64,000 nt of DNA from Dehalococcoidia bacterium UBA5620 (lineage in GTDB: Bacteria; Chloroflexota; Dehalococcoidia; GIF9; UBA5629). Under the pieces are notes generated by a model. The model searched no databases, was not told the origin of the DNA, and saw only the letters and a program-made list of their open reading frames with translations. Positions 18,850 through 27,657 of this stretch are shown here, piece by piece. Made by a program: the position numbers and the translations under genes. Numbering within the stretch: the first letter of the stretch is position 1; the number at the start of each line of letters is the position of its first letter. The DNA lies in assembly GCA_002423605.1 (NCBI GenBank), contig DIKK01000031.1, positions 87,847 to 151,846 on the forward strand. Reading direction: 5' to 3'.

Positions 18850-18961
18850 ATTACAGGGTTGCACAGATTGAGAATTCTCTTTTTCAAAATCACGGGAACC
18901 ATAAATCGAGAAAAACTTCAAAATAATAAAAAAAGGAGATAATTAGAAGGAGGGTTAAAAG

Positions 18962-19549
18962 ATGAATACTGTACCAGAATGGGCCTGGGAATTCCACGGA
19001 CATAGGTGTCCTTTCATGCCACTCGGCTATCGCCTGGCTAAGCGAGCTATGCAGGAGCTTAACGTAGAGCATGAAAAAGACCATGGATTATTTGTCATAC
19101 CAGAGTTAGGTGTCGGTCATCCGCAGACCTGTCTTATGGACGGAATGCAGATAGCTACCGGAGCCACTTATGGCAAATCGCTGATGGAGAAGACCTTCTG
19201 GGGTAAGCTAGCGGCGGTTTTCTATCATCCGGAGAAGGGAGCAGTTCGGCTGGCACTGAAGGCTGACTTCTTGGATGAATTCGGTAAGCTGGAGTTTTTC
19301 TCTTATCGCCTCAAGGGGGTAGAACCGTCTCAAATTCCCGCCGATGTTACTAACAAAGCCATCGCATGGACTGATGCACAGCCGGATGATAAGATATTCA
19401 AGATTGAAAAACTTCCAAACTACCAGTTTAAGCGGGTGAAGGGCTCTTTCAACAAGGTCAAGTGTGTCAAGTGTGGCGAGTATGTCTTTGAGCGGTACGT
19501 GCGCATGGTAAACGGACAGCCTCACTGCATCCCTGACTCCGGTTACTAG
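18962..19549 (+). CDS. FmdE/FwdE-family protein with a C-terminal zinc ribbon
   Basis: 'EFHGHRCPFMPLGYRLA' (HGHxCP motif) plus 'CVKCGEYV...HCIPD'. Confidence 0.65.
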   Translation: MNTVPEWAWEFHGHRCPFMPLGYRLAKRAMQELNVEHEKDHGLFVIPELGVGHPQTCLMDGMQIATGATYGKSLMEKTFWGKLAAVFYHPEKGAVRLALKADFLDEFGKLEFFSYRLKGVEPSQIPADVTNKAIAWTDAQPDDKIFKIEKLPNYQFKRVKGSFNKVKCVKCGEYVFERYVRMVNGQPHCIPDSGY

Positions 19550-19580
19550 ATTGTGTGCGTTGTCTCGCCTGAATTAAGAA

Positions 19581-20384
19581 ATGTCACTCATAGCTATAAT
19601 TATTGCCTGCATTGTGGTGATGGCTCTGGCAGTACCTTTTTCTATGGTAGGCCAGGGTGGTGGTTCTACCTATGTGCCGGTATTGCTAGTGGCAGGTATG
19701 GAATTCCACGAAGCTTCGACCACCAGCCTATTCATGATTATGCTGGCCAGTCTCGGAGCTACCCTAGTCTTCGGACGGAAGAAGACAGTGGATTGGAAAC
19801 TTCTTTTCTCTATCGTTCCCCTCGCCATTCTCGGTTCATTTGCCGGTGGCTATGTCGCCCAGTTCGTGAGCGTACTGGTACTGAAGATTGTCTTTGCCAT
19901 AGTACTTATCATCGCTGCTTTCTTCATGCTCCGCCCGGCTACTGAAGGGCAAAGCCCCAGCTTCGTGCCTCAATGGATGTGCTGGGATAGAAGCTGCGGC
20001 GAATATCAATACAGCATTTCCATGGGGCTGCTAATTCCGGTGACGGGAGTGGCAGGCTTTATCGCCGGCATGATAGGAGTCGGGGGCGGTCTATTTGTTC
20101 TGCCTCTATTGATATTGCTCTTTGGCTGTCCCACTCGCATAGCCATTGGAGTTTCCTCGACTTATGTTGGAATTGCCGCTCTACCCGGTTTCATAGGTCA
20201 CCTAGTGGGCAATTCTGCCTTCAATATCTGGGTAGCACTTCCCCTGGCAACAGCCGCTTTTGCTGGGGCCACGCTGGGGCCAATGTTGTCTTTGAAAACC
20301 GACATAAGGAAGTTACGTATCGTCCTGGCAATAGTTCTCATTGCCCTTGCCATCTGGATGGTGATCAATATCTTTGTGAAGTAG
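19581..20384 (+). CDS. TauE/SafE-family (DUF81) anion exporter
   Basis: 267 aa, about 8 TM, duplicated 4-TM halves with Gly-rich motifs. Confidence 0.7.
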   Translation: MSLIAIIIACIVVMALAVPFSMVGQGGGSTYVPVLLVAGMEFHEASTTSLFMIMLASLGATLVFGRKKTVDWKLLFSIVPLAILGSFAGGYVAQFVSVLVLKIVFAIVLIIAAFFMLRPATEGQSPSFVPQWMCWDRSCGEYQYSISMGLLIPVTGVAGFIAGMIGVGGGLFVLPLLILLFGCPTRIAIGVSSTYVGIAALPGFIGHLVGNSAFNIWVALPLATAAFAGATLGPMLSLKTDIRKLRIVLAIVLIALAIWMVINIFVK

Positions 20385-20403
20385 GAATAAAGCAATAAAA
20401 CAA

Positions 20404-20532
20404 ATGAAGCCAATCCTTTCCGTCTGCGTGGGTAACTCAGGTCGTAGCCAGATGGCAGAGGCTTTCTTCAACCGCCTGGCCGGTGTAAAAGCCAGCATAG
20501 CTAAGTTGCTCAAAAAATGGAGGGACTCGTGA
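20404..20532 (+). pseudogene. arsC: N-terminal fragment of an LMW-PTP-type arsenate reductase ArsC, 42 codons
   Basis: 'MKPILSVCVGNSGRSQMAEAFFNRLAG...' carries the catalytic CX5R P-loop but terminates after 42 aa. Its 3' end overlaps the acr3 start. Confidence 0.55.
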
Positions 20533-21644
20533 GCATAAGCGAACCGCAGGGCACAATTGGCAAACTCTCAATCATGGACCGCTTCCTCACTTTGTGGATA
20601 TTTCTGGCCATGGGGATAGGTGTCGGCCTGGGCTATTTTATTCCCAGCGTATCTGATTTCATCAGCGTTTTCTCAATTGGTACCACTTCCATCCCTATCG
20701 CCATTGGGCTCATCCTGATGATGTACCCACCGCTGGCAAAAGTTAAATACGAGGAGTTGGGCAGCATCTTCCGGGACTGGCGGGTGCTGGGATTATCGTT
20801 GGTCCAGAACTGGGTTATTGGGCCAATACTCATGTTTTTGCTGGCAATACTCTTTCTGGGTTTCATCTGGCCGTATCCGGAATACATGGTCGGCCTGATC
20901 ATGATCGGCCTGGCGCGTTGTATCGCCATGGTTATTGTATGGAATACGCTATGCAAGGGTGATAACGAATATGCTGCTGGCCTGGTTGCCTTTAACTCCA
21001 TTTTCCAAATAGTCTTCTATTCGGTATACGCTTATATCTTCATCACCATACTGCCCGGCTGGTTCGGTCTTAAAGGTTCTGTGGTGGAGGTTACCATATG
21101 GGAGATAGCACAGAGCGTGTTAATCTATCTCGGTATTCCTTTTTTCGGCGGTATGCTCACCCGCTTCTTGCTTATCAGGTACAGGGGATATGCCTGGTAC
21201 GAGAGCAAGTTCATCCCTAAGATTAGCCCCATTACTCTTGCGGCTCTGTTTTTTACTATCGTGGTGATGTTCTCCCTCAAGGGTGAGCTTATTGTTCAGA
21301 TACCGCTCGACGTGGTCCGCATTGCGGTCCCGCTGCTCTTGTACTTCGTCATCATGTTTCTTGTATCGTTTTATATGGGTAAGAAGATTGGAGCTAGCTA
21401 TCCCAAGACAGCAAGTATTGCCTTCACCGCCGCCAGCAACAATTTTGAGCTGGCAATCGCCGTGGCCGTAGCGGTCTTCGGTATCGGCTCGGGGCAGGCA
21501 TTTGCTGCCGTTATCGGCCCGCTGGTGGAAGTACCGGCGCTTATAAGCCTGGTGAATGTGGCATTGTATTTCAGGAGGAAGTTTTTTGCGGGGGGAGCCC
21601 TAGCGCCGGTGTGCCAGATTGAGGAGATTAAGCCACGAGCGTAA
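20517..21644 (+). CDS. acr3: arsenite efflux transporter ACR3
   Basis: '[21 protein letters not shown]', '[14 protein letters not shown]'. The start may be ATG 20517 or 20572. Confidence 0.85.
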   Translation: MEGLVSISEPQGTIGKLSIMDRFLTLWIFLAMGIGVGLGYFIPSVSDFISVFSIGTTSIPIAIGLILMMYPPLAKVKYEELGSIFRDWRVLGLSLVQNWVIGPILMFLLAILFLGFIWPYPEYMVGLIMIGLARCIAMVIVWNTLCKGDNEYAAGLVAFNSIFQIVFYSVYAYIFITILPGWFGLKGSVVEVTIWEIAQSVLIYLGIPFFGGMLTRFLLIRYRGYAWYESKFIPKISPITLAALFFTIVVMFSLKGELIVQIPLDVVRIAVPLLLYFVIMFLVSFYMGKKIGASYPKTASIAFTAASNNFELAIAVAVAVFGIGSGQAFAAVIGPLVEVPALISLVNVALYFRRKFFAGGALAPVCQIEEIKPRA

Positions 21645-21723
21645 TCTGGCCATAAACAGCTACTACTTTAAGCGTAGCTTTTTCAGTGAAGGGTAAATTC
21701 TCGATTGACTGGAGGTAAATATC

Positions 21724-22560
21724 ATGGAGAAGGAAGAGGTTAAAAAAGCAGTACGTGAAGGCTACGCCCGGGTGGCAAAGCAGGAAAGCTCCTGTTGTGC
21801 GACGTCTGGCTATTGTTGCGGCGGCACTGCAGTAGCCAAAGATATCAGCATGGCTATAGGCTATAGCGAAGAGGAAATGGGGTCTGTCCCTGAAGGGGCT
21901 AACCTCGGCCTGGGCTGCGGCAACCCGGTAGCCCTGGCGTCTCTGAAAGAAGGCGAGGTAATGCTTGACCTGGGTTCGGGCGCTGGCTTCGATTGCTTTC
22001 TCGCCGCCAACGCAGTGGGTAAAAGCGGTAAGGTTATCGGGGTAGACATGACGCAAGAGATGATTGAAAAAGCCCGCGAGAACGCCCGCAAGGGCAACTA
22101 CCACAACGTGGAGTTCCGGCTAGGCGAGATTGAGAACCTGCCGGCGGCGGACAACTTTGCCGATGCGATTATCTCCAACTGTGTCATCAACCTGTCTCCA
22201 GACAAAGAGCGTGTGTTCCATGAAGCCTTCAGGGTATTGAAACCAGGCGGACGATTGATGATATCGGATATCGTGCTGCTTAAAGAGCTGCCGGCTGCTA
22301 TAAAGAAATCTATGGCAGCCTACATTGGCTGTCTCGCCGGCGCAAGTCTGAAAGATGCCTATCTGGATGCAGTGAAGAACGCAGGCTTTAAAGAGGTCAG
22401 TATAATCGATGAGACTTCCTCCCCCATCGATTTCATGGCTAATGACCTCACGGTACAGGCTGTGGTAAATGATCTGGACATGCCACCAGGCGAATTAAGC
22501 AAGGTCGGCAATTCAGTGAGAAGTCTAAAAGTCCAGGCAATAAAGCCGAGGACTGCCTGA
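21724..22560 (+). CDS. arsM: arsenite S-adenosylmethionine methyltransferase
   Basis: Cys-rich N-terminus 'CCATSGYCCGG', SAM motif 'VMLDLGSGAGFDCF', 'VLKPGGRLMISDIV'. Confidence 0.85.
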   Translation: MEKEEVKKAVREGYARVAKQESSCCATSGYCCGGTAVAKDISMAIGYSEEEMGSVPEGANLGLGCGNPVALASLKEGEVMLDLGSGAGFDCFLAANAVGKSGKVIGVDMTQEMIEKARENARKGNYHNVEFRLGEIENLPAADNFADAIISNCVINLSPDKERVFHEAFRVLKPGGRLMISDIVLLKELPAAIKKSMAAYIGCLAGASLKDAYLDAVKNAGFKEVSIIDETSSPIDFMANDLTVQAVVNDLDMPPGELSKVGNSVRSLKVQAIKPRTA

Positions 22561-22676
22561 ATATAGAATATCGAAAGTGTGCCTGAAAGGCACATCCCAT
22601 GTATTTACAGTGTAAAGTTAGTAGTTCGTTGGCAGAAAAGTATTTTGCATTTTGACCGGCACTTTTGCTTCTTGGC

Positions 22677-22888
22677 TTATCTTGGGGTGATGGTGATGTT
22701 ATTTAATTTGTTGCTTCGTGACGGACTTACATCCTCTGAGGATATATCTGTGACAGCGTTATTCATCAATTCCTTCAACTTATTGTTCATATGCTGTGGA
22801 AATCGATTTTGAGTTTAGCGTATATTGACCGAGGCGTAGATCTAGGATTATTCTGAACAAAAGATATTACTCTCTCCGCATTCGTCAT
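22677..22888 (-). CDS. two ATGA-coupled small ORFs (33 aa and 37 aa) downstream of the exonuclease gene
   Basis: Strong AGGAGGAG RBS before ATG 22888 (MTNAERVISFVQNNPRSTPRSIYAKLKIDFHSI). The second ORF starts at the overlapping ATGA (MNNKLKELMNNAVTDISSEDVSPSRSNKLNNITITPR). Low-GC segment. Speculative. Confidence 0.25.
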
Positions 22889-22960
22889 TAGCTCCTCCTC
22901 TTTGTTATTCATTATCTTCCAGCTTCGATAAACGCACAAAGGTTTAGGGTGGGTTGGCTA

Positions 22961-23536
22961 TTATGGCTCTTCATCTTGAATATATAATTCAAAAACGTCC
23001 AATCTCTCTCTCAGCATTTTCAAATTGACTACATCTTCATTGTTGTATTCCAGCAGTGTCGCAAGTGCATTGAGGTCTCCATACTCCACGTATCGCCACC
23101 ACAGGAGCACGGCATCGTAGCCACTGATGCCCTGGAGCTTGCGGGGTATGCCAAGCTGGCGCTCCACTGCTTTGAATCCGCCATAAAGGTTATTCCGCCA
23201 GCAGGCGAACATAAGGTCTTCATGCTTACATAAATCTTCGAGGTCGATGCCCAGGGAGGCCTTAATAAAATTGAGGTCAAACCGCTGGCCATTATAGGTA
23301 TAGATGGTATCGGCGCCTTCCAGCGCTTGCAGCAGATTATTTACGGTCACTGCATCCCCTACTAGTTGAATAACCTCGCTCTCGCTGCCATTACAGCGAT
23401 AAATGCCGATGACGGTGATGGTATCGCCAAACGGCGATAGCCCCGTGGTTTCTATGTCCAGATAAACGTCACAATTCACCTTTTCGCTCTTTTTTAAGCT
23501 ACACCGTACCACCAACCAGTGACAACCATATGTCAA
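22961..23536 (-). CDS. YprB/MrfB-like RNase-H-fold (DEDD-type) 3'-5' exonuclease
   Basis: 'VYLDIETTGLSP', 'YNGQRFDLNF', 'HEDLMF', 'YNNEDVVNL'. The true start may be internal. Confidence 0.65.
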   Translation of the reverse strand: MTYGCHWLVVRCSLKKSEKVNCDVYLDIETTGLSPFGDTITVIGIYRCNGSESEVIQLVGDAVTVNNLLQALEGADTIYTYNGQRFDLNFIKASLGIDLEDLCKHEDLMFACWRNNLYGGFKAVERQLGIPRKLQGISGYDAVLLWWRYVEYGDLNALATLLEYNNEDVVNLKMLRERLDVFELYIQDEEP

Positions 23537-23542
23537 AAAGTA

Positions 23543-24511
23543 CTATTTCTTTCTGTACATTTCCCTTATTTTCTGTACCGTTTGTGCAATTCGCTCGCGG
23601 AGCTCTTTCGGCTCCAGCACCTCCACTTTCTCGCCCCAGCTTAGTATGAATCCTTTGAGCTGCACGGTTAGAGGCACCGTCATGGTGACTATAGTTGAAC
23701 CGCCCAGTTCCTGTCGCGCCTCCTGCGTTAGGTGCCAGGTGGCCTCCTCAGCTACACGAGCTATCTCCGGACTAAAGCGCAGCTTGATAGTCTCTGCCTT
23801 GCCATCCACCATAATGCCCCAGCCAGCGCCAAGAAGCTCATTAGGGTCAAAGGTTTTAGGTATAGTATAGTGGTCGTTGGTTAATTCGATGCTCTTTATC
23901 CGCTCCAGCTTGAATACGCGCTTTTCATTGGCGTGATGGCAATGGGCGATGACATAGGTGGCGTGCTCCAGAGCCATGGGCTGGATGAAATACACATCGA
24001 TAGTGCGCTCTTCCGGTTCGGCTTTCTCCAACGATCGGTACCATATCTTCGCCTGCCGCCCCTCCGTCCATGCCCGCGCCAAGGCCTCGAGATTACGCAG
24101 GAAGCGTACATCCCTCTCCTGCTTCTCCATCCATTCAATAGTACGCCGCACCTGGGCTTTCAGCGTCATGGGAACAACAGAGTTTAGCTTCAAAAGGGTG
24201 GAGGCGATGCTGGGATTATACGCATTGCTGTGGCCTAGCATGAGTCTGGCAGCGATGAATATGGTCATGGCTTCCATGAGGGTGAGATTAATAGGGGGCA
24301 AGAAACTGCCGGCCTCAACTTTCCATCTCCCCTTCTCCATCAAGATAGGGCCTACAAGCCTTTCAAGGTCCCGGCGGTCACGGAATATGGTCCTGGTGCT
24401 GACGTTGCACCGCTCGGCTACCTTATCTGGGTCTATGCCCTGCGGATTCCCGGTGAGGATATAAAGCAGGTCGAGGAGACGGATTAGCCGGATATCCTTA
24501 TCGCCCTTCAT
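23543..24511 (-). CDS. HTH-WYL domain transcriptional regulator
   Basis: N-terminal HTH 'IRLIRLLDLLYILTGNPQGIDPDKVAERCNVSTRTIFRDRRDL' plus a WYL-type middle/C-terminal domain. ATG at 24511 with a GGGAGG RBS. 6 nt upstream of the exonuclease gene. Confidence 0.7.
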   Translation of the reverse strand: MKGDKDIRLIRLLDLLYILTGNPQGIDPDKVAERCNVSTRTIFRDRRDLERLVGPILMEKGRWKVEAGSFLPPINLTLMEAMTIFIAARLMLGHSNAYNPSIASTLLKLNSVVPMTLKAQVRRTIEWMEKQERDVRFLRNLEALARAWTEGRQAKIWYRSLEKAEPEERTIDVYFIQPMALEHATYVIAHCHHANEKRVFKLERIKSIELTNDHYTIPKTFDPNELLGAGWGIMVDGKAETIKLRFSPEIARVAEEATWHLTQEARQELGGSTIVTMTVPLTVQLKGFILSWGEKVEVLEPKELRERIAQTVQKIREMYRKK

Positions 24512-24692
24512 AAACACCTCCCAATCCAGGAAATTTCGAGCTTGTTGCATTATAACACTAATGCCAGCGCAAACCACACGTAACCCAGGCTATTGTCCCA
24601 AAGCCACAATTTTTTTCAAACCGCCTTCAAAAATTGACAGTACCTATCACAGACACATGGGAAAATAAAGGTGATTTATTAAGAAGGAGGTG

Positions 24693-24845
24693 ATGAAATT
24701 GGAAATCCTCGGCGAAGAGATGATCGAGGCACTCGATGAAATCGAGGGTGAACCCTTTATGCCATTGGAGGGACAGCAATCGGTGGAGTCGCCTTTTAAG
24801 TCGGCTCGAATTTCTTGTCATTCTGAGCCTAGCGAAGAATCTTAA
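24693..24845 (+). CDS. hypothetical 50-aa acidic ORF (doubtful)
   Basis: AAGGAGG RBS, but the 3' third is built from a copy of the dispersed 34-bp repeat. Confidence 0.2.
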   Translation: MKLEILGEEMIEALDEIEGEPFMPLEGQQSVESPFKSARISCHSEPSEES

Positions 24846-24850
24846 AAGTC
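24817..24850 (+). repeat. dispersed 34-bp repeat, copy 'gtcattctgagcctagcgaagaatcttaaaagtc'
   Basis: 88% identical to the minus-strand copy at 50927-50960. Related copies at 28963-28997 (-), 24935-24982 (-, diverged) and 10668-10708 (+, partial). Confidence 0.6.
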
Positions 24851-25058
24851 ACTTCAATAATCGGTAAGATGTCAACGGGAGCGGCACGATTCGTGCGAAC
24901 CACAGGAGGAGGATTTTATACCAGACTAGCCTAATCTTCGAGATTCTCCATCCGCCCGAGGTAGATTCAGAATGACAAAAGGTAACAACCTCAGGTATAA
25001 TTCTGCGCGTTTCCGAAAACCTGCAGGTTCAATTCTCGGTGAGCGCCTTTAATCAGCC

Positions 25059-26444
25059 ATGATAAATGGGCAGAAGATAGAGATTCCTAGTAAAGCAGCT
25101 ACTCTGCTGGCGACGACATTAGCCGCCTTTCTCACCCCATTCACAGAATCATCTATTAACATCGCCCTCCCCCAAATCGGCAAGGAGCTCATGATGGATG
25201 ATATCCTTTTGAGCTGGGTGCCTACCGCATACATCCTGACTGCGGTGATGCTGCTGGTGCCAATCGGCAGATTCGCAGACATCTACGGCAAGAAGATGAT
25301 CTTCAGGTCTGGCATCATCACCTACACGCTAGCGTCAATCCTGTTGACCATCGCGTCTTCATCTTCCATGCTCATCGTCTTCCGTGTCTTGCAGGGTATC
25401 GGTGGAGCCATGACATTCAGCACCAGTGTAGCTATATTGACCTCTGTGTTCCCTCCTAACGAAAGGGGCAAGGTGCTTGGAATCAATGTGGCTGCGGTAT
25501 ATATAGGCCTCTCAATCGGGCCAGTCTTGGGCGGAATTCTCACGGAGTATTTCGGGTGGAGGAGCGTTTTCCTGATAAACGTTCCATTGGGGCTGACTGT
25601 AATCAGCGTTGCCTTCTGGAAACTGAAGGGGGAATGGGCTGAAGCTAAAGGAGAGAAATTCGATTTCACTGGCTCGATCGCCTACAGCCTAGCATTAATG
25701 GCTGTGGTATATGGCTTCACACTGCTACCAGAGAGAATAGGAGGATGGTTGATTCTGGCAGGAATATCGGTATTAGTAGCCTTTATCTGGTGGGAGACAA
25801 GGGTAGCCAGCCCTATTTTGCACACCAGCCTCTTCCGTCATAATACGGTTTTTGTATTCTCCAATCTGGCCGCACTGATAAACTACAGCGCCACATTTGC
25901 TGTGTCGTTCTTGCTTAGCCTCTACCTGCAATTCATCAAAGGGCTTGGTCCACAAAATGCAGGGCTGGTGCTCATAGCTGCACCTGCAATACAGGCTATC
26001 CTGTCTCCACTCGCTGGAAGGCTTTCTGACAGAATTGAGCCGCGGATGCTTGCCTCCCTGGGCATGGGATTGACTGCCATCGGACTTTTGATGCTCACTT
26101 TCCTCGATAGCAGAACAAGCCTGTGGTTTATTATCACCAGTCTGATTATTCTGGGTGGTGGCTTCGGCCTGTTTTCATCGCCGAACACCAATGCAATAAT
26201 GAGCTCCGTCAAGATGAAGTTCTACGGGGTTACATCAGCAACACTGGCAACCATGCGGCAGGTGGGGATGGCGCTGAGCATGGGGACAGCCATGCTGTTG
26301 TTCTCACTATTTATCGGCAGAGTCCAGATCACTCCCGAATACTATCGGCCACTTTTGACAAGCGTACATACGGCATTTATCATATTCACCGTTTTGTGCG
26401 TCGGAGGCATATTCGCCTCGCTGGCAAGAGGTAAAGTCAGATGA
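25059..26444 (+). CDS. MFS transporter (DHA2/EmrB-like, 14-TM type)
   Basis: 461 aa, 'GRFADIYGKKMIF', 'FRVLQGIGGAM'. Confidence 0.8.
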   Translation: MINGQKIEIPSKAATLLATTLAAFLTPFTESSINIALPQIGKELMMDDILLSWVPTAYILTAVMLLVPIGRFADIYGKKMIFRSGIITYTLASILLTIASSSSMLIVFRVLQGIGGAMTFSTSVAILTSVFPPNERGKVLGINVAAVYIGLSIGPVLGGILTEYFGWRSVFLINVPLGLTVISVAFWKLKGEWAEAKGEKFDFTGSIAYSLALMAVVYGFTLLPERIGGWLILAGISVLVAFIWWETRVASPILHTSLFRHNTVFVFSNLAALINYSATFAVSFLLSLYLQFIKGLGPQNAGLVLIAAPAIQAILSPLAGRLSDRIEPRMLASLGMGLTAIGLLMLTFLDSRTSLWFIITSLIILGGGFGLFSSPNTNAIMSSVKMKFYGVTSATLATMRQVGMALSMGTAMLLFSLFIGRVQITPEYYRPLLTSVHTAFIIFTVLCVGGIFASLARGKVR

Positions 26445-26455
26445 AAACTATCGTC

Positions 26456-27424
26456 TTATTCTTTGATTACGATGCCCCGATCAAGTACAATCTCGAAAAC
26501 ATGTTCCTCAATGTCCGTAGCGGTGCTGCGCATCTTTCTTAAGTAAAGCGCCCGAACGTGCTTGCCATCACGCATTTCTACGCCCAACACAATCACGCCT
26601 TCACTGACAAATTCTTCTATACCATACCTGGAAAGTTTAGAGGTTCCGGTGATAATGCCTGAGGTAATCACAATGGTGCACCCTAAACTATCTTCAATAG
26701 CGAGTATGAGGTCTCTTACGTATTCCTGGACAAAGGCTGAATGCTCCGGCACAAATACCAGTGGTGCTATGGGGTCTATGACGATCCGCTTGGCATTTAC
26801 GCTCTTCACCTGCTTGGTTAAGTCATTAACCACTGTGCGCACATCCACTTCCTTCTTTTTGCCAACGCGGATATCGGCAAGATAAGGCGCCACATCCAGC
26901 AATAACAACCGGCGTTCTCTTACATATTTGTCGAAATCCCAACCCAACGACCCCGCATCTACAACCAGATGGCTCGCCTTTTCATCGCCGGAGATATAGA
27001 TGCAATTTTCACCTCGGAGCAGACCATAATAAAGATATTGTAACCCAAACACGGTCTTCCCGGTACCGGACTCGCCGCTCACAAGATAGACTTTGCCCGC
27101 CAGTAAACCGCCGCCGATAAGCTGGTCAAGCCCTTCGATCCCTGTGGCTACTCTGGAGTGCGCGATTACCTCTGTCTTAACCGCGGGCGCAGGCGCCTCT
27201 ACCCTGGATATTTGCTGAGGAGCCTCTGCCATGTGCTCTGGTTCAATTACCTCTGCTATAGCCATGCTCTCAGAAATTAGCCTATAGCCACAATTACCAC
27301 AAAATGCATACTGAGTAGAATTGCCTGCCTCGCAGTTGGGGCATATCTGCGTCAATTTTGTTCCACACTCACGACAAAAAGCATCGCTATCGAGATTATC
27401 AGACCGACATGCGGGACAGTTCAT
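26456..27424 (-). CDS. KaiC/RecA-superfamily ATPase with an N-terminal double zinc ribbon
   Basis: 'CPACRS...CRECG...CPNCE...CGNCG', then 'GIEGLDQLIGGGLLAGKVYLVSGESGTGKT' (Walker A) and 'LLLLD' (Walker B). Confidence 0.7.
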   Translation of the reverse strand: MNCPACRSDNLDSDAFCRECGTKLTQICPNCEAGNSTQYAFCGNCGYRLISESMAIAEVIEPEHMAEAPQQISRVEAPAPAVKTEVIAHSRVATGIEGLDQLIGGGLLAGKVYLVSGESGTGKTVFGLQYLYYGLLRGENCIYISGDEKASHLVVDAGSLGWDFDKYVRERRLLLLDVAPYLADIRVGKKKEVDVRTVVNDLTKQVKSVNAKRIVIDPIAPLVFVPEHSAFVQEYVRDLILAIEDSLGCTIVITSGIITGTSKLSRYGIEEFVSEGVIVLGVEMRDGKHVRALYLRKMRSTATDIEEHVFEIVLDRGIVIKE

Positions 27425-27657
27425 CTTTTACCCTCCATTCACCTTTGATTCCAATATTATGCCTTTAGCCAGCATACGTCAATGACCTTAAGTGAATATG
27501 TCCTCCCTCTCAGTTTATTCTCAGTCAACTCTGGAGGGAAACAACAGGTGCTATCGATCACTACGGCAACTTTCTTCATGGCACAACCCCACAACATCAA
27601 AGTGTCTTGTGGTTACTTTGCCATACGAGGTATTCCTATGTCAGTGGATTGGGTATC

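Noticed and set aside
25020-25058. tRNA-like T-loop string 'caGGTTCAATTCtcggtgagcgcc' upstream of the MFS gene
   Set aside because: No complementary T-stem (gcagg versus ctcgg), and no D-arm or acceptor pairing could be built. It is not a tRNA.
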